From Verrucomicrobiota bacterium (GTDB taxonomy: Bacteria > Verrucomicrobiota > Verrucomicrobiia > Limisphaerales > Palsa-1400): a DNA stretch of 64,000 nucleotides. The notes under the pieces were generated by a model. It searched no databases and had not been told where the DNA came from. It was given only the letters and a program-made list of their open reading frames with translations. Positions within the stretch are counted from its first letter, which is position 1, and each line of letters opens with the position of its first letter. The position numbers and the translations under genes are program-made. The stretch is taken from NCBI GenBank assembly GCA_049510745.1, contig JBEKYR010000001.1, positions 124,392 through 188,391 of the forward strand, in the 5' to 3' direction. Shown here one piece after another: positions 38,301 through 46,074 of the stretch.

Positions 38301-41300
38301 TATCTTGAGCCGGCCGGCCCCGCCACGAGCTGGAGCGAGCGCGGCGGAAACGAGACCCGCGTCAACACCGCCGGCTCGGACAGAAGCGGAAGGGTCTGCC
38401 CTTTGACGGCCTGCCAGCGGATTTTGGCGGTGGCCAGCGCGAATTTGTCTTCGACGCGAATGGTCTGCGTCACGGAATCGGGCAGCGCCGCCGGTTCCGC
38501 CGCCCGCGTGATCGCCGCGCCGCAACCGAGCCACAAGAGACCGCCGACAATCAGGGCCGTCGCGGCGGGCGCGGCGCCAGTCGAACCGGGCGCGGGCACC
38601 GATTCCGTGCTGTGAGCCAGGCGCCAGAGTTGCGCCAACGCGGGCACGAGGACGTGCCACGCCAAAAACGCAAACAGAACCCAGAAAAACAGGGAAGCGC
38701 CGTTGGGGAATCTCAGCGCCGCCCAGGCCAGCAGCGTCCAGCCGCCAAGCCAGCCGGCAACTCCCAGCCGCGGACGGTCCGCCAGCCATTCCGCCAGCCA
38801 GAGCGCCAGCGCGGCCAGCGCGGGCCAACCGCAACCAAGGAGCGTCCAGAAGGATGTTTTGTCCGCGACGTTCGAGACCGCCACGCTCAACGCCGTGCCC
38901 GCCTGTTGCACTGGCGCCAGAAACGTCAAGCCTGCGGGCACAGTCGCGGTCACGGCTCCCGCCAGTTCTCCCAGTTGCACAACGCACACGACGATCAACG
39001 CGAACGCGATGAGGACCGCTGCCGGGCCGCCCCGGTAAAAGCCGGCGCGCGCCGCCCAGCGCCACCCCGCCGCCGCTCCCGCCGCCAAACCCAACACCCC
39101 AAAAAGCCACGCCAACGCGCGTTCCAATTCTTCCCCCGCGAAGAGGCGCGCCAATTGCGCAAAGCCGGAAACATCCGGCGCGCCGCCGACCGGCATGACT
39201 GAGCCGGCCTCATAAACCAGGCGCCGGCCGGTGTCCGGTTCAAGTTTCCATTCCGCCAGCATCACCGGGGCGTCGGCGGTGGGCGCGGCGATGCGGACCC
39301 GTTTTGGATCGGGGGATTGGGAGGCCAGTTTCAAATCCAGCTCCAGCACGGCGTTTGGATCGCTGCTTTGCGGCAGGGGAATCAGGCTGGCGTTGCCGTC
39401 CTGGACGGGGACGGTGGCGGCGCCGTTAATGGAAGCGGACCACAATTGCGCGCCGTCGGGAATCGTCAGCCGGAAGTGAGGGTTGCCGCGGCTCTTGATG
39501 AAGTAGCGGATGTCGGTGAGCACCTGTCCTTCCTTGGAAATGCGGGTGTCCAGCGAAGCGCGGTCCACGATCTGGTTGAGCGAATCCCCCTGGGCCAGCG
39601 GGCTGAGCGAGAGTTTCAAATTGAAGGGGCGCGAGGCGTAGCGATAGGCGGCCAGGACGGGAGCATCAAAGAAAAGCCGGTATTCCGGCGGCACTTCACC
39701 CGTTTCCAGCGGAAGCAGGCCGGGCGAAACGTCCGCGCGCTTTACCTCAAACTGATAGGCGCTGGTGACCAGCGTGTAGCCTTCCTCCGACTGGGCGTCC
39801 AGCGGACGGGCGCCGGTGAAGGCCAGCGTCTCGCCCTGCGGCTTGAAGGGCCGCTCGTAGGTCGCCAGCAGCGTGTAAGCGCCCGCCACCGGCGTGTGCA
39901 ATTGCACCAGGTAACCGCCCTCGATCTTTTGCCAGTTGCGGAGGTCCTTGCCGGTGAACTCGACGTTGTAGTACTCGTCGGACAATTCGATCTTGAACGC
40001 CGCCACCGGCGCGCCCGACACCACGTAGTTGAGGACGCTGCTCCCGTAGGCGATGCCTTCGCCAATGGAGAACAGGTGCAGCGCGGAGGCCTGGACGGTT
40101 TGCGGCAACCGTTCCACGCGCAAGGCGGCTTCCCACGCCGGTTCGCTCAGCCGGAACGCGGCCTGGATGCCTTCCAACTTTCCGGGGTAAAACGCCGTCG
40201 CCATTTCCGTCAGCGCCTTGGTCCGTTCCGGTGTCAAGCGAAAACCGGCATCCGCCGACACGCCGACAAACCCCCGCACGGACTTGGCCTGGGCGACCTC
40301 CAGCCGGGGCAGCGCCCAATTGGTGCCGCCGAGGCCCTGGTTGTGCTCGAGGCGAAGCTGGACCAATTGCCGCCCGGAGACCGGCTGGCCATAGACCAGG
40401 CGCAACTCCGCGCCTGGCGCTCCCGCCGGTTCGCTCAGGAAATAGTCGCTCAATCCCGCCGCATTGAGGCGGGCGACGGCGAATCCTTTGGGCACGTCAA
40501 TCAACAATTCGCGCAGCGGCGCCTCGCGGATGTCCAGTTCGAGTTCCGCGTCCAGCGTCAATTCGTTTTCGCCCACGCGATACGCCAGCAATTCCGAGAC
40601 GGCCAATTCGGGCAGGATTTGGTCGGCCTGGATGCGCAACGCGAAATCAGCGCCCGCAAACCGGTAGGCGAAGCGCTGGTTGCCCTCGACGCGAAACGCC
40701 GCCCGCGTCACGTCGGATTCGGGAAATTGTTCGGGCGAGATTTGGGAGGTGCCGCCGGCCTGCACGACCTCCAGCCGCACCGCCCCTTCATTGACCAGGC
40801 GAAGGTAGCCGGCAAAGCGCGTGGCGTTCTCCGGGCGCAACTGCAAAATATCGGCCGTCTGGGGAAACGCCCCGAGCGGCGTTTGCGCCTGCACCTGGAA
40901 GGCGAATTGGTCCTTCTGCGGCTGGTTCAATTGAATGACCAGGCGGCGCTCGGAGGAATTGGACGCCGGCTCGACGCTCCAGGCCAGCACCTGGTCGCCT
41001 TGCACGCGCGTCACTTCGCCCGCCCCGCGCAGCCGCAGCGTAACCCGGTTCAACTCGCCTTGCATGACTTTGAAATTGAGCAGCGCCACCTGCCGCATCA
41101 GGCCCGGACTGACGCTGATTTGCGAGAGCATCCCGGCTGAAAAGAATAATTTCCCTTCCGTTTCAGGCCGGACTTCCTTCCACGAGAACTTCACCGCGCC
41201 GTCCGCCGGCAGGTAGCTCAGGAAGTCGCCGCCCTGGCGATCGGGCCGCGCCGCGCCCGCGAACTGGAACTGCGTGTCGGCCGCCAGCCCGCGCAAAACG

Positions 41301-41677
41301 ATGGGTTGCAGGACGCTCGGGGCGACGCGGAACTCGACGCTGTTCCAACCCTCGGTCTGGCGCACGGTGGCGCTGAATTTGACCTGGATGGGGAAGTCGC
41401 CGCCGTGATCGAATGTCAGGAAGAATTTGTTCTGGCCGGCGCGGATATGTTCCCTGGGATGCGGCTCGAACGCGGTGAGCGCCACCGGGCCGGAAAGCAA
41501 GTCGAGCGAGCCGCCGCGCGGATTCCCGACGCGCGCCGTGGCGGAAAGAACAAACGCCGCGCCATCGCCGCTCAGATCGCCGGTGAGTTTAAAGTCTGTC
41601 AAAGTAACGGTGCTTTCCGCAGCCTGGACGGCGGCGGCCAGGAGCGAAACCCCGAGGAGAACGAGGGAACTTTTCAT
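35324..41677 (-). CDS. Giant (2117-aa) membrane protein: signal peptide, two large beta-rich ectodomains split by a 6-helix TM cluster, C-terminal TM anchor
   Basis: Start chosen at MKSSLVLLGVSLLAAAVQA (ATG 41677), 14 nt after the upstream stop. The tool ORF extends to 42331 only through overlap with the neighbouring gene. Hydrophobic cluster at ~38500-39115. C-terminal LRLLILAGALAVFGIFG. Confidence 0.8.
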   Translation of the reverse strand: MKSSLVLLGVSLLAAAVQAAESTVTLTDFKLTGDLSGDGAAFVLSATARVGNPRGGSLDLLSGPVALTAFEPHPREHIRAGQNKFFLTFDHGGDFPIQVKFSATVRQTEGWNSVEFRVAPSVLQPIVLRGLAADTQFQFAGAARPDRQGGDFLSYLPADGAVKFSWKEVRPETEGKLFFSAGMLSQISVSPGLMRQVALLNFKVMQGELNRVTLRLRGAGEVTRVQGDQVLAWSVEPASNSSERRLVIQLNQPQKDQFAFQVQAQTPLGAFPQTADILQLRPENATRFAGYLRLVNEGAVRLEVVQAGGTSQISPEQFPESDVTRAAFRVEGNQRFAYRFAGADFALRIQADQILPELAVSELLAYRVGENELTLDAELELDIREAPLRELLIDVPKGFAVARLNAAGLSDYFLSEPAGAPGAELRLVYGQPVSGRQLVQLRLEHNQGLGGTNWALPRLEVAQAKSVRGFVGVSADAGFRLTPERTKALTEMATAFYPGKLEGIQAAFRLSEPAWEAALRVERLPQTVQASALHLFSIGEGIAYGSSVLNYVVSGAPVAAFKIELSDEYYNVEFTGKDLRNWQKIEGGYLVQLHTPVAGAYTLLATYERPFKPQGETLAFTGARPLDAQSEEGYTLVTSAYQFEVKRADVSPGLLPLETGEVPPEYRLFFDAPVLAAYRYASRPFNLKLSLSPLAQGDSLNQIVDRASLDTRISKEGQVLTDIRYFIKSRGNPHFRLTIPDGAQLWSASINGAATVPVQDGNASLIPLPQSSDPNAVLELDLKLASQSPDPKRVRIAAPTADAPVMLAEWKLEPDTGRRLVYEAGSVMPVGGAPDVSGFAQLARLFAGEELERALAWLFGVLGLAAGAAAGWRWAARAGFYRGGPAAVLIAFALIVVCVVQLGELAGAVTATVPAGLTFLAPVQQAGTALSVAVSNVADKTSFWTLLGCGWPALAALALWLAEWLADRPRLGVAGWLGGWTLLAWAALRFPNGASLFFWVLFAFLAWHVLVPALAQLWRLAHSTESVPAPGSTGAAPAATALIVGGLLWLGCGAAITRAAEPAALPDSVTQTIRVEDKFALATAKIRWQAVKGQTLPLLSEPAVLTRVSFPPRSLQLVAGPAGSRYSQQLVALAGGVFDIEVQYQAPVANDKTESGFTLPVPYGLINQLHLTVVDLDVDVLSAQAVSIHCDHPGSNTVAALVLSPAEASITWRPRRRDVTHEKPVFYAEVAQLYVPLAGVIEGAHYVSIRPAQGELGELILNVPPGATVTDVIDPAKQGNSAGSLVSLWRFDPDTGKLRVTLNPAQSRPFVVLVRSQIAAGPLPFEQSAGLVTVENAAGQIGLTGIATGSEVQLDTVTPHALSPINLEDFPGDAVAALQGQIPDLALRRAFRYSDTNASVALRAAAVEPDVRVETDDTLSLGEDRTVLADNFTVDITRAGIFELSFLMPAGFDVESISSPVLSQWTDLKTEAGRVITLHLTGKTLGPHAFALTLAGPGVKTARDWKVPQVVLREAGKQRGALLIVPEQGMRLQVAAREGYTQLDPQKSGVRQKGVLGFRALQVPATLALDIEQVDPWIQVTSLQHAVISEAQIKVTANLQYQIENTGLKAFRVLIPTNAEGVRFQGDQVADFLQTPGAVTNGLRAWEVKLRRRFIGPYLLQAAYQILLPGQATETVLRGVEAADVNLQRGFVTVQSDPRLQVAVDHPPAALQPTEWQSIPRALQKDLQAVAANFTYRLVEPSFQLPLKLERHEAAKLLPARVNNITFQSVISDDGIMLTRTRLEILPGDKRLLGVTLPPEARFWFAFVNDSGVWPWRDGDKILIPLERQSAGDKPVAVEIFHSCRTGQADARSLDLALLAPKFDLPLEDITWKLSLSDKWRVKHWTGSLQLQEQQVTPPAVAVDAQSYLLNENNLQQARIAEAQQFLAIGNNSLANGDPQQARRAFENAFDLSTHDPAFNEDARVQLHNIKLQQALIGLNARQSAAAGDPGALGGKLRDLRSRKEMNYTQQDAKDIIDINTAEENAAFMRLAEKLIQQQDAAVSNPAGIRASIPEQGRVLTFKRAVAVEPWADLKVNLQATVARTASLTLRLLILAGALAVFGIFGPGLRAARTEHA

Positions 41678-41691
41678 AAATGGTTCGTGAT

Positions 41692-44520
41692 TTACTTGCC
41701 CGAAATGCTCTTGGCCTGGCGGATCATCCATTCCAGCTTCGCCGGGCGGGCGTCGGCGCCGGAGACCTGCGGCACGCCGCTCAAATAAACCAGCAACCGG
41801 TCGGGCGTGACCTCGCCGGCGTAGGGACTGGCCGCCAGCCATTCGGAAAACGCGGCGGCGGTGGCCGCCAGCCGCATGGCGGGACTGGCTTTTTCGAGCG
41901 AAACGGCGCTGCCGGTGTAGGGCACGGTCCACTCGTGCTCCTGGTAATCGGACGTGCCGGGAACGCGGAAGCGCACATGCACCGTGCAAAGCGGGCCGTC
42001 GCCCGACGGATTGATTTCCACCGTGTAAAGCGCGTTGCCGGATTCCGCCGCGCCGATCTGCGCCGCGCTGACGCTGTTGTCGCGGAATTGTTCCTTGGTC
42101 AGTTGATCCTTGGCGTAGCCGATCTGCCGATACGAAGTGACGCGATTGGAGTTGAACTCGACCTGCACCTTCACGTCGGCGGCCGCGACGCGGAGCGCGC
42201 CGGCCAGATTTCCGGCGAACTCCGTGGCGGCCTCCTCCGGCGTGTTGATGAATCCATAGCGGCCATTGCCGGCCCGCGAGAGCGTTTCGAGCAAAGTATC
42301 GTTGTAACCGTCCCAACCGACGCCAAAGCAATCGAAGGCGATGCCTTGTTTGTGGTTGGTTTCAACCCTCTGCTTGAGCGCGTCCGGCTCGACGTTGCCG
42401 AGATTGGCCGCGCCGTCGGTCAGGAGCACGACGCGGTTTTCGCCATTGGCCAGGTAATGGCGCAAGGCGGTGGCGTAAGCGAGCTTCATCGCCTCTTCGA
42501 GATTGGTGCCGCCTTCGGGCGTGAGACCGCGCAAATCCCGGGCCACCGCGCCCGCCTGGCTGCCGGGCACGCCGTCCACCCACAAACGGGCGGTGCGCGC
42601 AAACACCACCACACTGATCGTGTCCTGCGGCTGCAATTGCGAAGCGAGCACGCCCAAGGCCTGGGCGATGATTTCGACGCGGTCGGCGCGTTCCATCGAG
42701 CCGGACTTGTCAAGAAGCAGAACCAGGTTGAGCGGGCGGCCGGCCTGGCGGCCTTGGGCGGCGGTCTTGATCGAGAACCGGAGCAGGTCGCGGTTGTGGG
42801 CGAACGGGTAGCCGGCGCGTTCCCAGGCAAAACCGATGGGCGCGCCGGGGGCCGGCTCCGGATCGCGATAATCGAATGCGTTGATGAATTCTTCGCTTCT
42901 CATGCTGGCGGCTTCCGGCATCGCGCCGTTTTGCAGGCTGGCCGCCGCCAGCTTGAAGGCGACATCGCTGACGTTGAGCGAGAAGGTGGTGAAAGCGTCG
43001 TCGCGCGTCTGGACTTCGGCTTGCGGAACCGGAGCGGGACGAGCGGGATGGGGCAGGGCCGCGTCGCTCTGATCGAGTTGTTTTCCGGCGGAAGGAATCG
43101 GCTGCAATGATTCCCGGGCGGCTTCGATGCGGGCCATGTCGGCCTTAAAACTTTTGGGCGCCTCGGCAGGCGGAGAAGCCGGGGCCGTTAGATCGCCACT
43201 CACGACGGACAACTGGCGGGAATCTTTATCGAAATACATTCCCGAAGTATCCGCCTTCGCGCGCTTATCTTTCTCCGCGCTGCCGAACTTCAGCGAATCA
43301 ACTGTGGGAGCCGCCTCCTTGGCCAACAAACGGGAAAGTGTGACCATGTTTGACGCGGGGATAGGACTGATGGCAGCGGTGATTTCGCTCCCTCCAGTTC
43401 CAGTTTGCACGCCGAACCCCCTCGTCTCCGTTGGTGGCCTGTAACGGAAAGCTGGAGCCGCGCCCATGGTGGGAGCCACGCCCATTCTGCCTTGGGCCAT
43501 GGGCTGCGCGCTCTTTTCCTCCTCCGCCATCCGGCGTTGGATGAAATCCGTGGCGCGGGCGCGGGCGCCGCCAGCCTCCATCGTGGAGGCAACGGTCCCG
43601 GCGATTCCGCCCGGAGCGGGTGCTGCAACCGGAGCGGGCGTTACGGATGGCGGCGCTGGTTCGTTCCTGTTTACGTTCTGAATAGATTGAAAGGCGAAAC
43701 GGCCACCGCCACCGCCACCGCCAACAGGGTTGTCGCCTAACTGGACGGAGCCGTTATTGACAAAACTGTTCGCTTGCGCGAACTGCTGGCCGTTGTTCTG
43801 AAGAACAGAATTCTGTGCTGAATTCTGGTTTTGCAGAGCCTCCGTCTGCGCGGGGGCGATAAACTGACCGTTCGCATCCGCAAGCTGCTGTTCACCAGTC
43901 TGAGGAAGAAAAATCTGATTTGCCGAAGGGGCGGAAGCCGGCGGCGGTGGCGCTATGTTCACAGCGTAGGCGCCCGATGGTTGTGGTGGCGCGACCGATG
44001 CCGGGGCGGGCTGGTTCAGCCCAGCGTGGTCGTTGCCCACGGTTTCCATCAGGTGGAGCGACTTCGTTTTTGCCCTGGCGAGACTTTGGTGGAGGCTCAA
44101 ATGCGAGCCCCACGTCGGCTCATGTACGCCTGCCAGTTCGGGCGTCAAGAGGGAATAAAGCATCAACGCCACGGCCGCAGCGGCGCCCAGCAGAACCACC
44201 CATGACGTCTTGCGGCGCGGCGGCGGGGCAAACTCTTTCGGCCTGATCGTCTTGAAATAGGCCAGCAACTTTTCGCGCCGCGCCGGGCTGAGCTTGAGGG
44301 GCGCGGGCTGGGCGGGCGTCTCGCCGACGGGCGTGGCGGCCGTTTCGCGCAGCAGGTCCAGGGTCAGGCTGAGCCGGTCCCGCAACCGGGCCAGTTCGGC
44401 GTCCTTTGCGATGATTTCCCGCACGCTGGCGGCTTCCTCGGCGGACAATTCGCCCAGCAACAGGGCCGTCACCTTGGCTTCGAGTTCTTCCCGGGGATTG
44501 GGCGGTAAATCGGGGTTCAT
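41692..44520 (-). CDS. Anti-sigma factor fused to a periplasmic YfbK-type von Willebrand A module
   Basis: N-terminus LLGELSAEEAASVREIIAKDAELARL is anti-sigma-like. One TM helix WVVLLGAAAAVALMLYSLL and a Q/N/G/P low-complexity spacer. vWA with MIDAS LLLDKSGSM...LLTDGAAN and a C-terminal YfbK-like region. The start overlaps the sigma gene stop. Confidence 0.85.
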   Translation of the reverse strand: MNPDLPPNPREELEAKVTALLLGELSAEEAASVREIIAKDAELARLRDRLSLTLDLLRETAATPVGETPAQPAPLKLSPARREKLLAYFKTIRPKEFAPPPRRKTSWVVLLGAAAAVALMLYSLLTPELAGVHEPTWGSHLSLHQSLARAKTKSLHLMETVGNDHAGLNQPAPASVAPPQPSGAYAVNIAPPPPASAPSANQIFLPQTGEQQLADANGQFIAPAQTEALQNQNSAQNSVLQNNGQQFAQANSFVNNGSVQLGDNPVGGGGGGGRFAFQSIQNVNRNEPAPPSVTPAPVAAPAPGGIAGTVASTMEAGGARARATDFIQRRMAEEEKSAQPMAQGRMGVAPTMGAAPAFRYRPPTETRGFGVQTGTGGSEITAAISPIPASNMVTLSRLLAKEAAPTVDSLKFGSAEKDKRAKADTSGMYFDKDSRQLSVVSGDLTAPASPPAEAPKSFKADMARIEAARESLQPIPSAGKQLDQSDAALPHPARPAPVPQAEVQTRDDAFTTFSLNVSDVAFKLAAASLQNGAMPEAASMRSEEFINAFDYRDPEPAPGAPIGFAWERAGYPFAHNRDLLRFSIKTAAQGRQAGRPLNLVLLLDKSGSMERADRVEIIAQALGVLASQLQPQDTISVVVFARTARLWVDGVPGSQAGAVARDLRGLTPEGGTNLEEAMKLAYATALRHYLANGENRVVLLTDGAANLGNVEPDALKQRVETNHKQGIAFDCFGVGWDGYNDTLLETLSRAGNGRYGFINTPEEAATEFAGNLAGALRVAAADVKVQVEFNSNRVTSYRQIGYAKDQLTKEQFRDNSVSAAQIGAAESGNALYTVEINPSGDGPLCTVHVRFRVPGTSDYQEHEWTVPYTGSAVSLEKASPAMRLAATAAAFSEWLAASPYAGEVTPDRLLVYLSGVPQVSGADARPAKLEWMIRQAKSISGK

Positions 44521-45104
44521 GGGACAACTCCGTTTCTGGCCAGTTCCTCGGCCATGGTTTTGAGCGCGTGATGCAGCAGATAGCCGACGTGGCCGGTCTT
44601 CAGGCCGGTGCGCTCGCCGATTTGCTTGTAGGAAAGGTTCTCGTTGAACTTGAGGCGGATCAGTTCGCGGCTGCGCGCGTCCAGCGTTTCCAGGCTCAAC
44701 CGCACCAGGCCGATGCCCTCGGAGCGGACAATTTGCTCATCGGGCAAGGGCTGGGGATCGGGGGGATCGCCGGCCGGCAGCGAGGTGTCGCGGGCGTTGA
44801 CTTCGAGCGCGACAATTTTTCCGGCCTGACGCCGGTGGTTCAAGGCGAGGTTATGCACGGTTCGGTAGAGCCAGCGCCTGGGTTCGCGCACCTCTTTGAA
44901 CTGGGCCTGCAATTTCATAAACGCTTCCTGAACCGAGTCCTCCGCCGCGCCCAATTCGCCGGCCAGGCGCAAGGCGTAATTCAAAAGGGGCGACTCCAGA
45001 GCCGCGAACAGCTCTTCCATCGTTTCGCCTCCGGGCACTGCTCTGGCCTGGTCTGGTTGCATTGCAGCCGCGCTGGGCGGAATCCGCTGATCCGGCGGGA
45101 TCAT
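44517..45104 (-). CDS. ECF-type RNA polymerase sigma factor (sigma-70 family)
   Basis: Region 2 (AEDSVQEAFMKLQ...RWLYRTVHNLALNHRR) and region 4 HTH (LSYKQIGERTGLKTGHVGYLLHHALKTM). The true start may be an internal Met (MEELFAAL, 45020). Confidence 0.88.
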   Translation of the reverse strand: MIPPDQRIPPSAAAMQPDQARAVPGGETMEELFAALESPLLNYALRLAGELGAAEDSVQEAFMKLQAQFKEVREPRRWLYRTVHNLALNHRRQAGKIVALEVNARDTSLPAGDPPDPQPLPDEQIVRSEGIGLVRLSLETLDARSRELIRLKFNENLSYKQIGERTGLKTGHVGYLLHHALKTMAEELARNGVVP

Positions 45105-45355
45105 GCGGCAAGCCCGGCGTCCTTTTGGTCGTGAGCGGACACCATGTTCACCCTGTTTGACACCGGAGGGCGGACTTTCTTAGAGAAAAAAATGGGAATT
45201 CCTGCTCCGCGTCTTCCGCCCTCCCCATCCGCCGACTTGTCCGGGATGGTTTTAACGAAGGCGGATGCTTTATTTTTCTCCCGCTCCCCCGTTCAGCCCG
45301 CGGTTGCAGCCGGGAGCCGGGCCGTCGCGGAATCTGTCCGGCCGGGAAATCCGCC

Positions 45356-45850
45356 TCAGGGCGCGCGCCGCCGGATTTTGTCTTCGAGGAATAGGCGGTC
45401 TTCCGCGTCCCTTGGCCGAACGGTGCGTTTGGTGCGCAACAAGAGCTCGGGAGAAGCGAAGGGAATGGAGACTCCGTCAATTATAAATGTCTGAATGTCA
45501 GGGGCCGCCTCGGCATAGGTGATTCCGCAGGCGGACAGCATCAAATCCACCACGACTTCGTCACAAACGCGGACGACAAGATAATTGCGGAGGTCGTCCT
45601 CTCCCAATTCGCGCACGGCTTTGTCGGGCAGAACCTCCAACGCTTTCTTGACTCTGGCCTGGTTTTCCGGGGAGCCGTCCACGAGGAGGTCGATGTCCAT
45701 TGTGGCGCGGCCCATGCCGTGCTGGTTGACGGCGAAGCCGCCCACGACAAGATAACGGGCGTCCGCCTGGTTCAAACTCCGGCACAGCAGCAGCAAATCC
45801 GTCAGAGTGGGCGGCCGGCTTTCGGCCGGTTGAGCATTTTCAGGGTCCAT
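45356..45850 (-). CDS. Minimal nucleotidyltransferase-fold protein
   Basis: GGFAVNQHGMGRATMDIDLLV fits the NTase G[GS]-x(9-13)-DxD motif. 164 aa. Confidence 0.6.
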   Translation of the reverse strand: MDPENAQPAESRPPTLTDLLLLCRSLNQADARYLVVGGFAVNQHGMGRATMDIDLLVDGSPENQARVKKALEVLPDKAVRELGEDDLRNYLVVRVCDEVVVDLMLSACGITYAEAAPDIQTFIIDGVSIPFASPELLLRTKRTVRPRDAEDRLFLEDKIRRRAP

Positions 45851-46014
45851 TTGGCTGCCTCTTCGTGAGACTTGAAGCGATAAACACCGCGCGGCATAAA
45901 CGGTTGGTTTCCCCGCAAACGGATCATCATTTCAAAAAAACCTTGCATCGCCTCCAAACCACCGGAATAAGGCTTTCGCTTTCCCAAAATCTTCATGCGC
46001 GGCTTCTCTTCCAT
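45802..46014 (-). CDS. Small hypothetical protein upstream of the NTase (possible cognate partner)
   Basis: ~70-aa ORF ending ...PRGVYRFKSHEEAAKWTLKML. It overlaps the NTase ORF start by 49 bp. Start uncertain. Confidence 0.4.
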   Translation of the reverse strand: MEEKPRMKILGKRKPYSGGLEAMQGFFEMMIRLRGNQPFMPRGVYRFKSHEEAAKWTLKMLNRPKAGRPL

Positions 46015-46074
46015 GAACACACCATAACAGCACGGCCCGGTTTCCGCGAGTCCAATTCCGCCCGGTCGCAATGG

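Noticed and set aside
35324-41677. The idea that the giant protein is a bacterial alpha-2-macroglobulin, which would pair with the adjacent serpin as a second protease inhibitor.
   Set aside because: I found no CxEQ thioester motif on reading the sequence. The internal six-helix TM cluster is also not an alpha-2-macroglobulin feature. Only a generic beta-sandwich repetition is shared.
41678-42331. An N-terminal 218-codon extension of the giant ORF, which the tool reports as 2335 aa.
   Set aside because: The extension overlaps the 3' end of the vWA gene in another frame and is Arg/Gly-rich. A canonical signal peptide (MKSSLVLLGVSLLAAAVQA) begins at the ATG at 41677, just after the upstream stop.
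45105-45200. An ECF-type autoregulatory promoter upstream of the sigma gene (minus-strand tGAACatggtgtccgctcaCGACc).
   Set aside because: The spacing between GAAC and CGAC is only ~14 nt, against the usual 16-17 nt. The match is weak and I cannot validate it without a group-specific consensus.
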